From Candidatus Aegiribacteria sp. (GTDB lineage Bacteria > Fermentibacterota > Fermentibacteria > Fermentibacterales > JCC-6), in the NCBI GenBank assembly GCA_021108005.1, contig JAIORS010000218.1:30911-94910 (forward strand): a DNA stretch of 64,000 nt, in the 5' to 3' direction. Under the pieces are notes generated by a model, which did no database searches, was not told where the DNA came from, and saw only the letters and a program-made list of their open reading frames with translations. Positions 19,153 through 29,195 of this stretch are shown here, one piece after another; the stretch's first letter is position 1, and every line of letters starts with the position of its first letter. A program made the position numbers and the translations under genes.

Positions 19153-20055
19153 TCACCGGCAATTATCAAAGATGGTATAGAGACTTTTAATATCAGGATG
19201 AGAGTGGTTGTATCTGCTGTAGAGTTCATACAGTCTTTTTCGGATTACTGTGAACTCATCCTTTTCATGGGTTTCTTCAAAGAAAGACATCAGTGTGAAA
19301 TCCGCAAGCATACCGTAGTGTATCCAGTATGAGACATACTGATCATTGCACCAGATGGCATGTGTAAGAACCTCCGGTTTTTCAAAAAATGCTATCAGGT
19401 GCTGAATGCCGTCCATATCCATTACTATCCAGTGACCCGGCCATGGGCCGTTCTTTCCTGGTGTCAGTTTGAGGAACTCGCAACCCTCCAGTTTAATGTC
19501 TTCGTATCCTAGAATAAGAACTCTTATATCTCTCTCTGCTGCTTCCTCCAGACGCGGCTGCAAGTGTTTAATGAAACAATGATCTGCAGTTAGAAGAACA
19601 GTTGACTGTGCTTGCTCTAAAAGAGTTTCGATCTTATTGAAAAGCTGTTCCTGGTTGTCGATTCTGTAAATGCTGGTTTCTACCGCAGGAGCTTCAAGTT
19701 CCTTCAGCTCTCTTTCCAGTTTGGCTGTTTTTTTCTCCAGATCAGATTTGAATCGGGAGATAATCTCCTTTACAGGTACAGGCGAGTACCGTCTGTCTTT
19801 CCCCTCGCAGTGGAGTATGACCATGCCCTTCATTGTAAGTGACTCCAGAGCCTGATATACATTGGATACAGCTTTGCCTATGTTCTTTCCCACCCTGTAT
19901 CCTGTTATGCCCGGTTCCTTCAGAAGAGCAAGATATACATTTGCCTCCAGGTTATTCAACCCAAAGTCTGTCAATGCTTTAATACTATTCTCACTGAAAT
20001 TCACAGCTGCCCCCAATCGAACCAGAAGCATACGAATTTGCCAAATCAAAGTCAT
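19153..20055 (-). CDS. TrmB-family transcriptional regulator
   Basis: N-terminal winged helix FGLNNLEANVYLALLKEPGITGYRVGKNIGKAVSNVYQALESLTMKGMV plus a C-terminal effector-like domain. The start is uncertain (alternative Met at 20031). Confidence 0.8.
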   Translation of the reverse strand: MTLIWQIRMLLVRLGAAVNFSENSIKALTDFGLNNLEANVYLALLKEPGITGYRVGKNIGKAVSNVYQALESLTMKGMVILHCEGKDRRYSPVPVKEIISRFKSDLEKKTAKLERELKELEAPAVETSIYRIDNQEQLFNKIETLLEQAQSTVLLTADHCFIKHLQPRLEEAAERDIRVLILGYEDIKLEGCEFLKLTPGKNGPWPGHWIVMDMDGIQHLIAFFEKPEVLTHAIWCNDQYVSYWIHYGMLADFTLMSFFEETHEKDEFTVIRKRLYELYSRYNHSHPDIKSLYTIFDNCR

Positions 20056-20105
20056 TAGTATATGTTTATACTAATGTATTGAATCCAAAAAAGAAAGGAG
20101 CTGTT

Positions 20106-21917
20106 ATGAAATCAATAATGTTCATGTTTGCCTGCTGTGCTGTCATATCAGCCGGAGAGGCTGTTCAGACAGACTGGTCCGGTGGTGTCAGTCTTGAATC
20201 GGTGGTGACAGAATGGGGAAATGTATTTTCTGAATCCCAGGGGATATCCAGTACTGCCGTACCGGGTATAATATGCCTGACTTCAACTCCGTTCTCCTCT
20301 CCCATTGAGAGTGTAGTGAATGGTGCAATGCCTCTGTCGGGAATGGATGCAGGAGATCTGGACGGAGACGGATTCGTTGATCTGGTCGGAGCATCTCTGG
20401 TTACTGATCATGTAACATGGTTCAAAAACTTGAATGGAAGCAGCTGGTTATCCGTTCCACTGGCCGGTTCCTTTGACGGTGCTCTGGGCTGCAGTATCAG
20501 CGATGTTGACGGGGACGGTCATCCTGATGTACTTGGCGGGATGGACGGGCCGGACATGGTTGTGCTGTGGAAGAACACCGATGGTTCAGGCCCTGCCGGT
20601 GAACCTCTGGTGATTGATCCGCTGTTTCCCGGAGTACACTGTGTAATCGGATGTTACGTTGATGATGACGGAATGATGGATATCATGGGCGCGGCTAATC
20701 AGTGTGATCAGATCGCAGTGTGGTATAACCTGGGAAATGATACCTGGGAGAAAGTTGTGATCGATTCAACCTTTACAGGAACTCAATCAGTATCACCCGG
20801 TGATTTTGATGGAGATGGTGATCTTGATGCGGTGGGTGCTGCCCTGGGCCTTGATGAATTCGCATGGTGGGAGAATCCCGGTAACAGGACAGATCCGTGG
20901 GAAAAACATCTGGTGGCTGATGGCATGACATATGCTCACCATGTAACCGCCGTGGACATGAATGAAGATGGGCTGATGGATGTGCTGGGAGCAGTCTACG
21001 GAGCGGCGAAAATAATATGGTGGGAGAACGACGGATCGACTCCTATTGCCTGGGAGGCTCATACTATAGCTCCCAATCTTACTGGCACTCTTACAGCGAT
21101 ACCTGCTGATTTTGACGGTGATGGAGATCTGGATGTTGCCGGTACCAGCTGGTTACTGGACAGGGTGATGTGGTATGAGAATATCGATGGTTCAGGTGAG
21201 AACTGGCAAAATAGAATTGTTGAATATTCATTCAACGGTGCCTGGCCGCTTGCCTGTGGAGACTTCACTAACAACGGCAGATTACAGCTTGCAGCAGGAG
21301 CGGATGTGCTTACCAGTCCCGGCACTTCCCACGGTGTGAGCGTGTTTGACCTGTGTGGTTTCAACTGTCAGGGTACTCTTATCAGTGCAATTCTTGACAC
21401 TGAAGAAACCCCCCATTGGGCCAGTTTTCAGTTCCAGAATGAGGTGCCGTCCGGTACACTCATGCAGTTCTACTGGAGAAGTTCCAATGATTACGAAAAC
21501 ATGGGTGACTGGATAGGACCGTACACCGACTGCGCAAACCTCAGTGGAGAGTTGTTCCGATATGCTCAGTACAAGATAAAGATAAGCGCCACCGGAGCCC
21601 TGTACTCACCAATCCTGTATGATATAAGCCTGTACTGGGACCCGACCGGCCTGACGGAGAATTCCGGTGATTCAGAAAACCTTGTGCTTTTAACTCATAA
21701 TCCTTCCTGCTCAGGGAGTGTGCAGCTTGTGACAGCAGAAGGTTGCGGCCAGGTTCTGATCACACTAATGGATCTATCAGGCAGATTAATTGATTCCCGA
21801 CATGTCTATGAAACCGGAAAATCCATCTCTTTCGGACCGGTGCCCGCAGGTACATATCTGGTGCGAGCTGCCTCCGGAAACAGAGAATCAGCGTTCAAGG
21901 TACTGGTTCTGAATTAG
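20106..21917 (+). CDS. FG-GAP/VCBS-repeat protein with C-terminal sorting domain
   Basis: Repeated loops GDLDGDGFVDLVGA, DVDGDGHPDVLG, GDFDGDGDLDAVGA, VDMNEDGLMDVLGA and ADFDGDGDLDVAGT. Signal peptide begins at the ATG 20106, which is preceded by AAAGGAG. The tail reads LMDLSGRLI..AGTYLVRA. Confidence 0.85.
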   Translation: MKSIMFMFACCAVISAGEAVQTDWSGGVSLESVVTEWGNVFSESQGISSTAVPGIICLTSTPFSSPIESVVNGAMPLSGMDAGDLDGDGFVDLVGASLVTDHVTWFKNLNGSSWLSVPLAGSFDGALGCSISDVDGDGHPDVLGGMDGPDMVVLWKNTDGSGPAGEPLVIDPLFPGVHCVIGCYVDDDGMMDIMGAANQCDQIAVWYNLGNDTWEKVVIDSTFTGTQSVSPGDFDGDGDLDAVGAALGLDEFAWWENPGNRTDPWEKHLVADGMTYAHHVTAVDMNEDGLMDVLGAVYGAAKIIWWENDGSTPIAWEAHTIAPNLTGTLTAIPADFDGDGDLDVAGTSWLLDRVMWYENIDGSGENWQNRIVEYSFNGAWPLACGDFTNNGRLQLAAGADVLTSPGTSHGVSVFDLCGFNCQGTLISAILDTEETPHWASFQFQNEVPSGTLMQFYWRSSNDYENMGDWIGPYTDCANLSGELFRYAQYKIKISATGALYSPILYDISLYWDPTGLTENSGDSENLVLLTHNPSCSGSVQLVTAEGCGQVLITLMDLSGRLIDSRHVYETGKSISFGPVPAGTYLVRAASGNRESAFKVLVLN

Positions 21918-21926
21918 TCTTTATCC

Positions 21927-21949
21927 GGGCGGGATTCCATATCCCGCCC
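21927..21949 (+). terminator. Candidate stem-loop terminator
   Basis: GGGCGGGA-TTCCATA-TCCCGCCC, 10 nt after the stop of the FG-GAP gene. No clear U-tract follows. Confidence 0.35.
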
Positions 21950-22056
21950 CGCCCAGCCCCGAAGTAACAAAGTTCCCGGAATTCATCAAGCTCTTTGTCG
22001 AAGCAGGATTGTTTCAATATTGTCGTTTCGGAAAAAATAAATATTTGCTCTTTCCT

Positions 22057-22188
22057 ATGCCTGGAAAATCTGTAGGACTTTTGAAGGAACACAAGAATGC
22101 AATCGACACTCTTACGGAATTGGGTCTTACTAACCTTGAAGCCAGGATTTACATTCTTTCTTCCTGTTACGGAAAGAACCTCTGTTGA
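22057..22188 (+). pseudogene. TrmB-like HTH fragment (43 codons)
   Basis: Reads MPGKSVGLLKEHKNAIDTLTELGLTNLEARIYILSSCYGKNLC then stop. The segment TELGLTNLEARIY parallels TDFGLNNLEANVY of the intact TrmB gene at 19153-20055. The frame breaks where the recognition helix should follow. Confidence 0.35.
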
Positions 22189-22319
22189 CTATCCCTCCGC
22201 ATTAAGATGGATTGATGTTGTTGAAAGCTTGCGAAGTTGTTACACCACAAAGAAAAAGTATATAATTTCCGAGTATGCAGTACAGTTAAGATATTTCGCA
22301 GAATACGGAGGTTTCGATT

Positions 22320-24026
22320 ATGAGAAGAAGTACAGCAGCTTTTGTTTTACTTGCTGTTATCATCCCGATAATGGCCTGCGCAGAGCAGAGCAGTTTGATG
22401 TCGGAGATGCCTGATGGTTACGATATCTATATAACATACAATCCGAAGAACGCGAATCTCAAGGAAACTCTTGCTGCGGTTGAGGATATTCTTCCAGATG
22501 AGACGATGGATGACATAAGTTCGTCCGGTCTGCGCTTTAACCCGCTTAACTGGGATGCCTGGGAAGATGAGCTGGGCCTGGATTATTCAAGTGATATCGG
22601 TGTAGTAACCAATTTACCCGGGGATGAGAGGCTTACAGCCTTTTATCTTCCAACTGATAATATTCAGGCAATTGAACGTTTACTCGATGAGCTTGACGCC
22701 GACGATCATAAGCTCATTGACCATGGCTCCTACACGGTAGCTCTCACGGGTGAAGAGGATGCAATGGATAGCTTTGAACGGAGCCTCGATAATCGTTCGA
22801 TTTCCGAATTGAACGATTATGAACAACTTGCCGGAGCTGTTAACGTTCGTGAGCCGGGCTTCAGTATTTATATGCGGATAGAGCAGGAGGTTTCATTATC
22901 ATATCTTCTGGAAATCGGGAATGACGGGAATCAATCGGTCACCGAAATTGCAGTTATGCTGCGCGATGAGTTGAGCATACCTGTCATATTCGAGTGCTTT
23001 TCCAATGGTATTGCGTATGAGAACATCCTTGTACCAGAGAATACTATCGGAGCCGCTCGATTCGGTTTTGATCATGATCACCTTGCTGACAGCTGGCGGA
23101 GTATCGAACGCAGATTCGATCTTGAGGATAATTGGGAGTACCAGAATTTTAATCAGGGATTGGTTGCTTTAGGGCTGCCTTCACTTACGGATCTGATGGG
23201 GATTCTGGGAGGAGATATCTTCTTTGCCCTTGCCGACATTGAATTCGATGATCATGGCTGCCTGAAGAATCTTGAAGGAGTAATAGCGATATCTCTTGCA
23301 GACGTTGAAGGCATGAAGGACATACTGAGGTCTATTGCCACGTTGGCCGATTTCAAGAGTGACCTTATTGATCAGACAGAACTGTACTCCTTTGAAGATC
23401 GTCACAATGAGTATTCCTTGTTCATTTGTAATAACGCGTTGTACATAGCCGTAAACACAAGCCCGGGAAGCATTACGGGTGGCATTCCCATGGAAGATGT
23501 ACTTATGGGAAACGTTGCTGGCATAGCCGTAGAGGGATTTCTGGGGGCTTCTATGGACCCGGAGATTCTATTGAGGAAGCTCGACGTACCATCCGAAATT
23601 ATGGATGCTTTAGACGAAATCTTCCGCCAGCCTGTCGAGATTTCCATTGCTTACGATAACGGCGTGTTCCATGGAACATTAAGGAGCGGAAAATTCCTCG
23701 GCGGGGTTGGAGCAGAAGCGCTGATATTCGCTATGACTGTGCCGAAGTACTCCTCCGCTGGGCAGGATCATCAGATGGAAGAGGTTACCTGCCGGTGTAA
23801 TATGCGTAGCCTGGCCTCCGGTGAGAGCATGTTCTATGGAATGGAAAACAGATACGGCACATTGGAAGAAATTGCGGTTTCTGATGTCATGGAAAACGCG
23901 CCAGAGTTGATCTACCCGACATGCGGAGAAAATTACATAGTTACTCTCAAGCATGAAAGTTACAGGATAGACTGTCCCTGCGGCCTTCATGGATATGTTG
24001 AAGATGGTCTTGTCAGCTGGCAATAG
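22320..24026 (+). CDS. Hypothetical lipoprotein with Cys-rich C-terminal module
   Basis: Signal peptide with lipobox-like IMAC and a GGAGG Shine-Dalgarno. The acidic body has no family motif I recognise. The last ~90 aa read TCRCNMRSLASGESMFYG...YPTCGENY...DCPCGLHGY. Confidence 0.65.
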   Translation: MRRSTAAFVLLAVIIPIMACAEQSSLMSEMPDGYDIYITYNPKNANLKETLAAVEDILPDETMDDISSSGLRFNPLNWDAWEDELGLDYSSDIGVVTNLPGDERLTAFYLPTDNIQAIERLLDELDADDHKLIDHGSYTVALTGEEDAMDSFERSLDNRSISELNDYEQLAGAVNVREPGFSIYMRIEQEVSLSYLLEIGNDGNQSVTEIAVMLRDELSIPVIFECFSNGIAYENILVPENTIGAARFGFDHDHLADSWRSIERRFDLEDNWEYQNFNQGLVALGLPSLTDLMGILGGDIFFALADIEFDDHGCLKNLEGVIAISLADVEGMKDILRSIATLADFKSDLIDQTELYSFEDRHNEYSLFICNNALYIAVNTSPGSITGGIPMEDVLMGNVAGIAVEGFLGASMDPEILLRKLDVPSEIMDALDEIFRQPVEISIAYDNGVFHGTLRSGKFLGGVGAEALIFAMTVPKYSSAGQDHQMEEVTCRCNMRSLASGESMFYGMENRYGTLEEIAVSDVMENAPELIYPTCGENYIVTLKHESYRIDCPCGLHGYVEDGLVSWQ

Positions 24027-24077
24027 AAATATTCCACTGCTTCGTTTGTCCCTGGAATTGGTCAGACGATCTGCGGG

Positions 24078-25607
24078 CTAGAGAAGGTCGAAGTTGATCG
24101 AGGTTGTGAAGCTTGTGTTGAACTTTTTCCAGGTGGAGATTTCCGGTGTTCTGGTGTAGTCCACAATGTAACCGATACTGACATACAATGGGCTCCATGT
24201 TCTGAAGGCAAGTGATACGCTTCCCTCGGAGATAAAATTCGAAGGATTATCCGGCGGGAAGTATACGTTCCCCGATATCTCAGCCTCTCTGATGAACGTA
24301 TGCGGTTTTCTGTACCGCAAACCGGCGGCGGCGTAAACCGAAAGATCATTTGTATACGCTTCCCCCGCTCCTGAGGTCCACCTCGAGTTAACTGATCCAA
24401 GCCCTATCTTCGGCGAGAACCAGAACCAGGACAGCATCCATTTTTGCCATCCAACCGCGGCGTACGAACTTATCTGCCATGGACGTTCGGTATACATCTG
24501 TCTGTCCCAGTTCGAAGCGGCTTCAACGTAATAACTGTCACTGAACCAGTAATCAATCCCAATACTGGCCCACCCCCTGTTAGTATTGAGTGTGTCTTTC
24601 TTTAAACCGCAGGTTTCCTCCCATGTGACAGATCTTCCGCCGAAGAAAGCGTTAACCGAAGTTCCCCTGCTGTCGAATCGGTAGGAAATACTGGCACTGC
24701 CGCCCCACTCAAGTAAAGCGCGGTTTCCCCTTTCGATGGAAAAGTCCGCCGCGGTAAACACGCTGAAACCTTCCAGGGACTCCGCATTGGACTCCGGATT
24801 GTAGGAATCCCCTGCGATTACTCTCAACCGGCTTCTTGCCTCTTCGTTGTTAGTATCCAGTTCAAGTGCACTGAGATAGTAGTTTACAGCCTCCTCAGTC
24901 CTGACCTCCTGTTCAGCGATATCACCAAGGTACACAAGCGCAGGGATAGACATGGGGTCAATTTCAAGGAGGATAAGAAATACTTCCTTCGCTTCGTTGA
25001 TTTCATGATTTCCGAAATAAGCGGCACCAAGTATTTCCTGAGCTTCCACACTGTCAGCTGTTGCAGACTCAAGAAGGTTCCGCGAAGTAACGATGGCCCT
25101 CCGGTACTCTTTCAGTTCAAGGAAAAGCCTCGATATCTCAAGCTGTGCCGGTAGAAATTCCGGGTCCAGGGATACAACCTCGCTGAAGCAGTTCAGTGCA
25201 GCGGCTGCAGAGTCATCTTCCATCTTCAGAATACCCATGAAGTACCAGGCCATTACATTCTCCGGTTCAAGCCAGATGGATTTCGACAGCTGGTTTTCAG
25301 CATTCTCCAGAAGTGTATCGGTACCCGATATCAGAAGAGCCCCCAGTGCTGTTCTGGAAAGGGATGACAGGGAATCAGACACAGAGGATTCCTCCATTAT
25401 ATAATCAGTGCCGGTATTGAGATCGTTCTCCAGAACCGATGCTATTACAATGGCTGCCAGGGCTTCGGTATCAGTTGAATCAGAGGCGAAAATTTCCTCC
25501 GCCCTCTCCACCGCAGTTGCCCAGTCACCTTCCGAGCAGCTGGAATACCAGGACTGAAGGTTCTCGGGAATAAAGGCAAACAGTGTCAGCAGCATTACTG
25601 CATACAT
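24078..25607 (-). CDS. TPR-repeat protein with C-terminal small beta-barrel-like domain (short paralog)
   Basis: TPR-like helices occupy the N-terminal ~270 aa. The C-terminal ~230 aa has alternating-strand character, ends ...TSINFDLL, and is homologous to the C-terminus of the upstream gene. Its ATG overlaps the upstream stop (TGATG). Confidence 0.75.
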   Translation of the reverse strand: MYAVMLLTLFAFIPENLQSWYSSCSEGDWATAVERAEEIFASDSTDTEALAAIVIASVLENDLNTGTDYIMEESSVSDSLSSLSRTALGALLISGTDTLLENAENQLSKSIWLEPENVMAWYFMGILKMEDDSAAAALNCFSEVVSLDPEFLPAQLEISRLFLELKEYRRAIVTSRNLLESATADSVEAQEILGAAYFGNHEINEAKEVFLILLEIDPMSIPALVYLGDIAEQEVRTEEAVNYYLSALELDTNNEEARSRLRVIAGDSYNPESNAESLEGFSVFTAADFSIERGNRALLEWGGSASISYRFDSRGTSVNAFFGGRSVTWEETCGLKKDTLNTNRGWASIGIDYWFSDSYYVEAASNWDRQMYTERPWQISSYAAVGWQKWMLSWFWFSPKIGLGSVNSRWTSGAGEAYTNDLSVYAAAGLRYRKPHTFIREAEISGNVYFPPDNPSNFISEGSVSLAFRTWSPLYVSIGYIVDYTRTPEISTWKKFNTSFTTSINFDLL

Positions 25608-28414
25608 CAGAAAAGCCTCAGATTCAGCCTGGAATAGAATTCTGTATCGTATTTATCCCAGTAATCGTAAGCGGGAGTTCTTTCGTACCCTACGCTGTAT
25701 CCAAGTGTAAGTGAAAAAGGATCCCAGAGTTCAGAACTGAGTTCAGCAAAAGCGTTCATAAGAGTATTTTCGGACTGTTCGGGAGGAATGTAGAAGTTTC
25801 CCCAGAGCCATAGTGACGGCCAGAGAGAATCTTCCTTCGTAAGCCATACTGATACGGAACCGTATAGAGTGGTTCTATCGGTCCTTTCGTTCTCAAGACC
25901 GGAAGCCCAGTGTGTGTTTACCTGTCCGATACCAGCGGAAGGGGATACCCAGAGCCAGCCGTTCAGCCATTTTGTATATGCAAAGGATAAGTATGAACTG
26001 ATTTGCCAAGGCCTTACGGTTCCCGGCTGCCTGTCCCATGAACTGCTTGTACTTACTGTGAAATAGTCCGACAGAACACGCTCAAAGCTAAGAGAAACCG
26101 AAGTCCAGGTGTAATCGTTCTTGTAATCCTTCGAAGTTTCAATGAATCTGTAATCGGTTTCAAGGGATATTTCGCTTCCTCTTGCGTCGTACTCGAAGGA
26201 AACTTCCAGTCCTCCCGAGTAATTCCTTTCCCTTACGTTTCCGTTATCAACTCTGGTGTCAATGTACACGGTAGCGTTGAAGCGTCTGACCTGTCTCCTA
26301 TTCCATTCAGGATCGAATCCGGTGTCGGTTATACCTCTTATTCTTGTTTCCGCATAATCGTAACCGGGCTGAATACTCAGAGACTGAAAATAGTAATCCA
26401 TAGCCCTGTCCGAGTCACCCATCTGCTCGTATGTTAGTCCTATGTAGGCATATACCCATGGAGAACCGGGGTCCAGCTCAATAGATTTTTCAAGAGCGGC
26501 AAGAGCCTGATCGTACCGATCGGAGAACAGAAGGGCTTCTCCCAGAGCACTCCACGCACTGAAAGACAGGCTATCAATTTCAATGGCCTGTCTGTACTTA
26601 TCGGCCGCTTCCTCCTCATCGTCTCTATCAAAAAGGTAATATCCCCAGTCCAGCCACACATCAATACTGTCCGGGGCCACAACAGAGGCTGTCAGGTAAC
26701 TTTCTGCGGCTTCATCCTCCTTATCAAGTTCAGCGTAAAGAGCTGCCATCTGCAGCCAGAATTCAGAATCATCTGCTCCGCTTTCCTCTTCCGCTTTCCG
26801 GGCAAGATGAAGGGATACTGCGGGATTAACAACCGAATATGTCCAGGCCAGGTCTACCCAGGCGTAAGGATACTCATCCGCTATAAGTCTGAATAGACTG
26901 TCAGCTTCATCATCTCTGCCGGTACTCTCGTAAATGAGTGCTCTCTCACATAAAGCGGTACTTTCGAATCCTCCGGCTTCAATGTAACTGTCCCACATGT
27001 CCAGAGCTTCCCCTGAGTTTCCTCCCCTCGAGAGAATGGGCGCCAGCCGCTGGTAACCAAAAATGTAGGTAGAATCAACAGATATGGCTTCAGAATAGTA
27101 AACGGCGGCGCTATCTGGAGACCCAAGCTGCTCAAGAACAAATCCCAGTTCTCCAAGGAGCCATGTTCCCGGATCGGTGGTTTCGACAACAGCTCTCCTG
27201 TACCAGTCGGCGGCAGCTTCCATATCTCCTTCGCTTTCGAAGAGAAGCCCTCTCTGTTCCCACGCCCATACATATTCATTGTCAATCGCTATTCCGTTCT
27301 CGAATGCCTCTCCCGCTTCTTCGGGTTTCCCCAGCTGCTGCAGCACAAGACCCAGTTCTCCCCATGTCCATGTATTAACAGGATCGATTTCCAGAGCCCT
27401 GCGGTAAGCGGTTTCGGCCGCAGTGTAAGTACCGTTGTCTTCGTACAAAAGACCCTGAGCTATCCACGCGTCCACAAAGCTGCTGTCGGATTCCGCACAC
27501 TCGATATACCATTCAACAGCATCATCAATATCCCCGTTCTCTTCAGCTATGATACCCAGCCTGTACTGGGCAAAGGCGTAATCGGGATTAACCTCGATTC
27601 CCTCCAGATAACTTCTACGGGCAGCATCCGAATTGCCGCTGTTTTCAAGGCATACGCCTATCTCGCCAAGGCACCAGTAATCCTCAGGGTCCCGTCTGAA
27701 CAGTTCTCTGTAAGCCTTGATCGCTTCACCGTATTTATCCTGGCTTTCAAGCAGAAGGCCAAGGTCGATAAGGCAATCCGTATCATCTGGATATGTACCT
27801 GCAATTTTTCTGTAAATCATTTCTGCCGCACAATTCTTGCCTGCAAGCTCCAGAATCCATCCCGCTTCAAACATCAGCTGCATATTCGCAGGCCATTCCT
27901 CAAGAGCGGTATTCACACACTCCAGAGCTTTGCCGAATTCCCGCTGATACCGATAGATTTCCGCGGTTTTAAGCCAGACGGAAATCCAGGAAGGATCTAT
28001 GTACATAGCTCGAGTAAGTTTATCAAGTGCTTCAGAATAGTTTTCCTGGACCATAAGACAGTGGGCTTCCCCGACAAGTCCGAGAATGAATGTTGAATCG
28101 TATTCTAGTGCTGTCTGAAAACTGTTCAGCGATTCCTCTATGCTATCGGCGCACGTTCTTCCAAGGGCTCCCCATGACATCGCTGAAAGCGAATCAAGTT
28201 CAATCGCCCTTCGCGCAAATACAGTTGCCTCATTATCGTATCCCAGAGCTGTAGCGGAAAATGCGAGAGCCGCCCATGCATCTGAACTTGTGGAATCATT
28301 TTCAACAGCGTCTTCAGCCTGAGTGTAAGCATTTTCCCAGTTCCCAGACGCATAGCTGTCCTGCCAGCCGGACAGGTTAACTGAGGCAAGTACGCAGAGC
28401 AGGATAAACTGCAC
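25607..28414 (-). CDS. Large TPR-repeat protein with C-terminal small beta-barrel-like domain (long paralog)
   Basis: About 690 aa of TPR-like repeats follow a signal-like N-terminus. The C-terminal segment WDRQPGTVRPWQISSYLSFAYTKWLNGWLWVSPSAGIGQVN...LNLRLF aligns with the 509-aa neighbour. It ends in Phe. Confidence 0.8.
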   Translation of the reverse strand: MQFILLCVLASVNLSGWQDSYASGNWENAYTQAEDAVENDSTSSDAWAALAFSATALGYDNEATVFARRAIELDSLSAMSWGALGRTCADSIEESLNSFQTALEYDSTFILGLVGEAHCLMVQENYSEALDKLTRAMYIDPSWISVWLKTAEIYRYQREFGKALECVNTALEEWPANMQLMFEAGWILELAGKNCAAEMIYRKIAGTYPDDTDCLIDLGLLLESQDKYGEAIKAYRELFRRDPEDYWCLGEIGVCLENSGNSDAARRSYLEGIEVNPDYAFAQYRLGIIAEENGDIDDAVEWYIECAESDSSFVDAWIAQGLLYEDNGTYTAAETAYRRALEIDPVNTWTWGELGLVLQQLGKPEEAGEAFENGIAIDNEYVWAWEQRGLLFESEGDMEAAADWYRRAVVETTDPGTWLLGELGFVLEQLGSPDSAAVYYSEAISVDSTYIFGYQRLAPILSRGGNSGEALDMWDSYIEAGGFESTALCERALIYESTGRDDEADSLFRLIADEYPYAWVDLAWTYSVVNPAVSLHLARKAEEESGADDSEFWLQMAALYAELDKEDEAAESYLTASVVAPDSIDVWLDWGYYLFDRDDEEEAADKYRQAIEIDSLSFSAWSALGEALLFSDRYDQALAALEKSIELDPGSPWVYAYIGLTYEQMGDSDRAMDYYFQSLSIQPGYDYAETRIRGITDTGFDPEWNRRQVRRFNATVYIDTRVDNGNVRERNYSGGLEVSFEYDARGSEISLETDYRFIETSKDYKNDYTWTSVSLSFERVLSDYFTVSTSSSWDRQPGTVRPWQISSYLSFAYTKWLNGWLWVSPSAGIGQVNTHWASGLENERTDRTTLYGSVSVWLTKEDSLWPSLWLWGNFYIPPEQSENTLMNAFAELSSELWDPFSLTLGYSVGYERTPAYDYWDKYDTEFYSRLNLRLF

Positions 28415-28415
28415 T

Positions 28416-29195
28416 TCAGCTTCCGATCAAGGCAACAGTCAAACCGGTAAGCCCCAGCAACCAGCAGTACCAGGCAAAAACTGAGAATTTTCCAGCTTTC
28501 AGGAATCTCAGTAGAATCATGAGGGCAAAGTACCCGGTAAGCGCGGAAATAGCAAACCCGGTGATAAGCAAGAGAACATCAATACCGCTGGATACTGCAT
28601 CTCCCAGCTTAAGAACCGCTGCCCCGGCAATTGCAGGTATCGAAAGGAGGAAGGAGAACCGGGCAGCCTTTTCCCTCCTTATCCCGGCAAAAAGACCGGT
28701 CGAAATGGTAAATCCAGAACGGGATATTCCAGGCAGAAGAGCCATTGCCTGAGAAAGACCCACAATGAAGCTTCCGATGAGGTTGGGGTTATCCCTGGTT
28801 CCCCTCTTCGCGAACCTTGTGCTGAAGAGAATGCAGCCGGTTACCAGCAGCATTAGCGAAACGATTACTGGATTGTCAAAGCTTTTTTCAATGGAATCCG
28901 CCAGCAGGAATCCGGCCAGGCCGGCGGGAATAGAACCTGCTATAAGCAATCCCGCGAGAACAAGTGATTCTCTCTTCCTTCTGAAAATACCAATTACAAG
29001 TTCCCCCAGGTCTTTTCTGTAAACCGCGAGAACCGCCATGAGCGTACCCAGATGAACCACGATTTCAAACGTAATATCACCCTCCGGTACTTTAAGTATC
29101 ATCCCGGCAAGAGCAAGATGCCCTGAACTGGAAACCGGCAGGAATTCCGTAAGCCCCTGTATAACAGCTAATATGATTACAGATAAGAATGTCAT
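28416..29195 (-). CDS. uppP: Undecaprenyl-diphosphate phosphatase
   Basis: The VIQGLTEFLPVSSSGHL and PGISRSG motifs of the BacA/UppP family, in a polytopic membrane protein. Confidence 0.9.
   Translation of the reverse strand: MTFLSVIILAVIQGLTEFLPVSSSGHLALAGMILKVPEGDITFEIVVHLGTLMAVLAVYRKDLGELVIGIFRRKRESLVLAGLLIAGSIPAGLAGFLLADSIEKSFDNPVIVSLMLLVTGCILFSTRFAKRGTRDNPNLIGSFIVGLSQAMALLPGISRSGFTISTGLFAGIRREKAARFSFLLSIPAIAGAAVLKLGDAVSSGIDVLLLITGFAISALTGYFALMILLRFLKAGKFSVFAWYCWLLGLTGLTVALIGS

Noticed and set aside
22097-22414. 105-aa + strand ORF
   Set aside because: It overlaps the start of the well-supported lipoprotein gene (22320, with GGAGG). Its 5' part shares sequence with the TrmB-like fragment, which reads sensibly only in a different frame.
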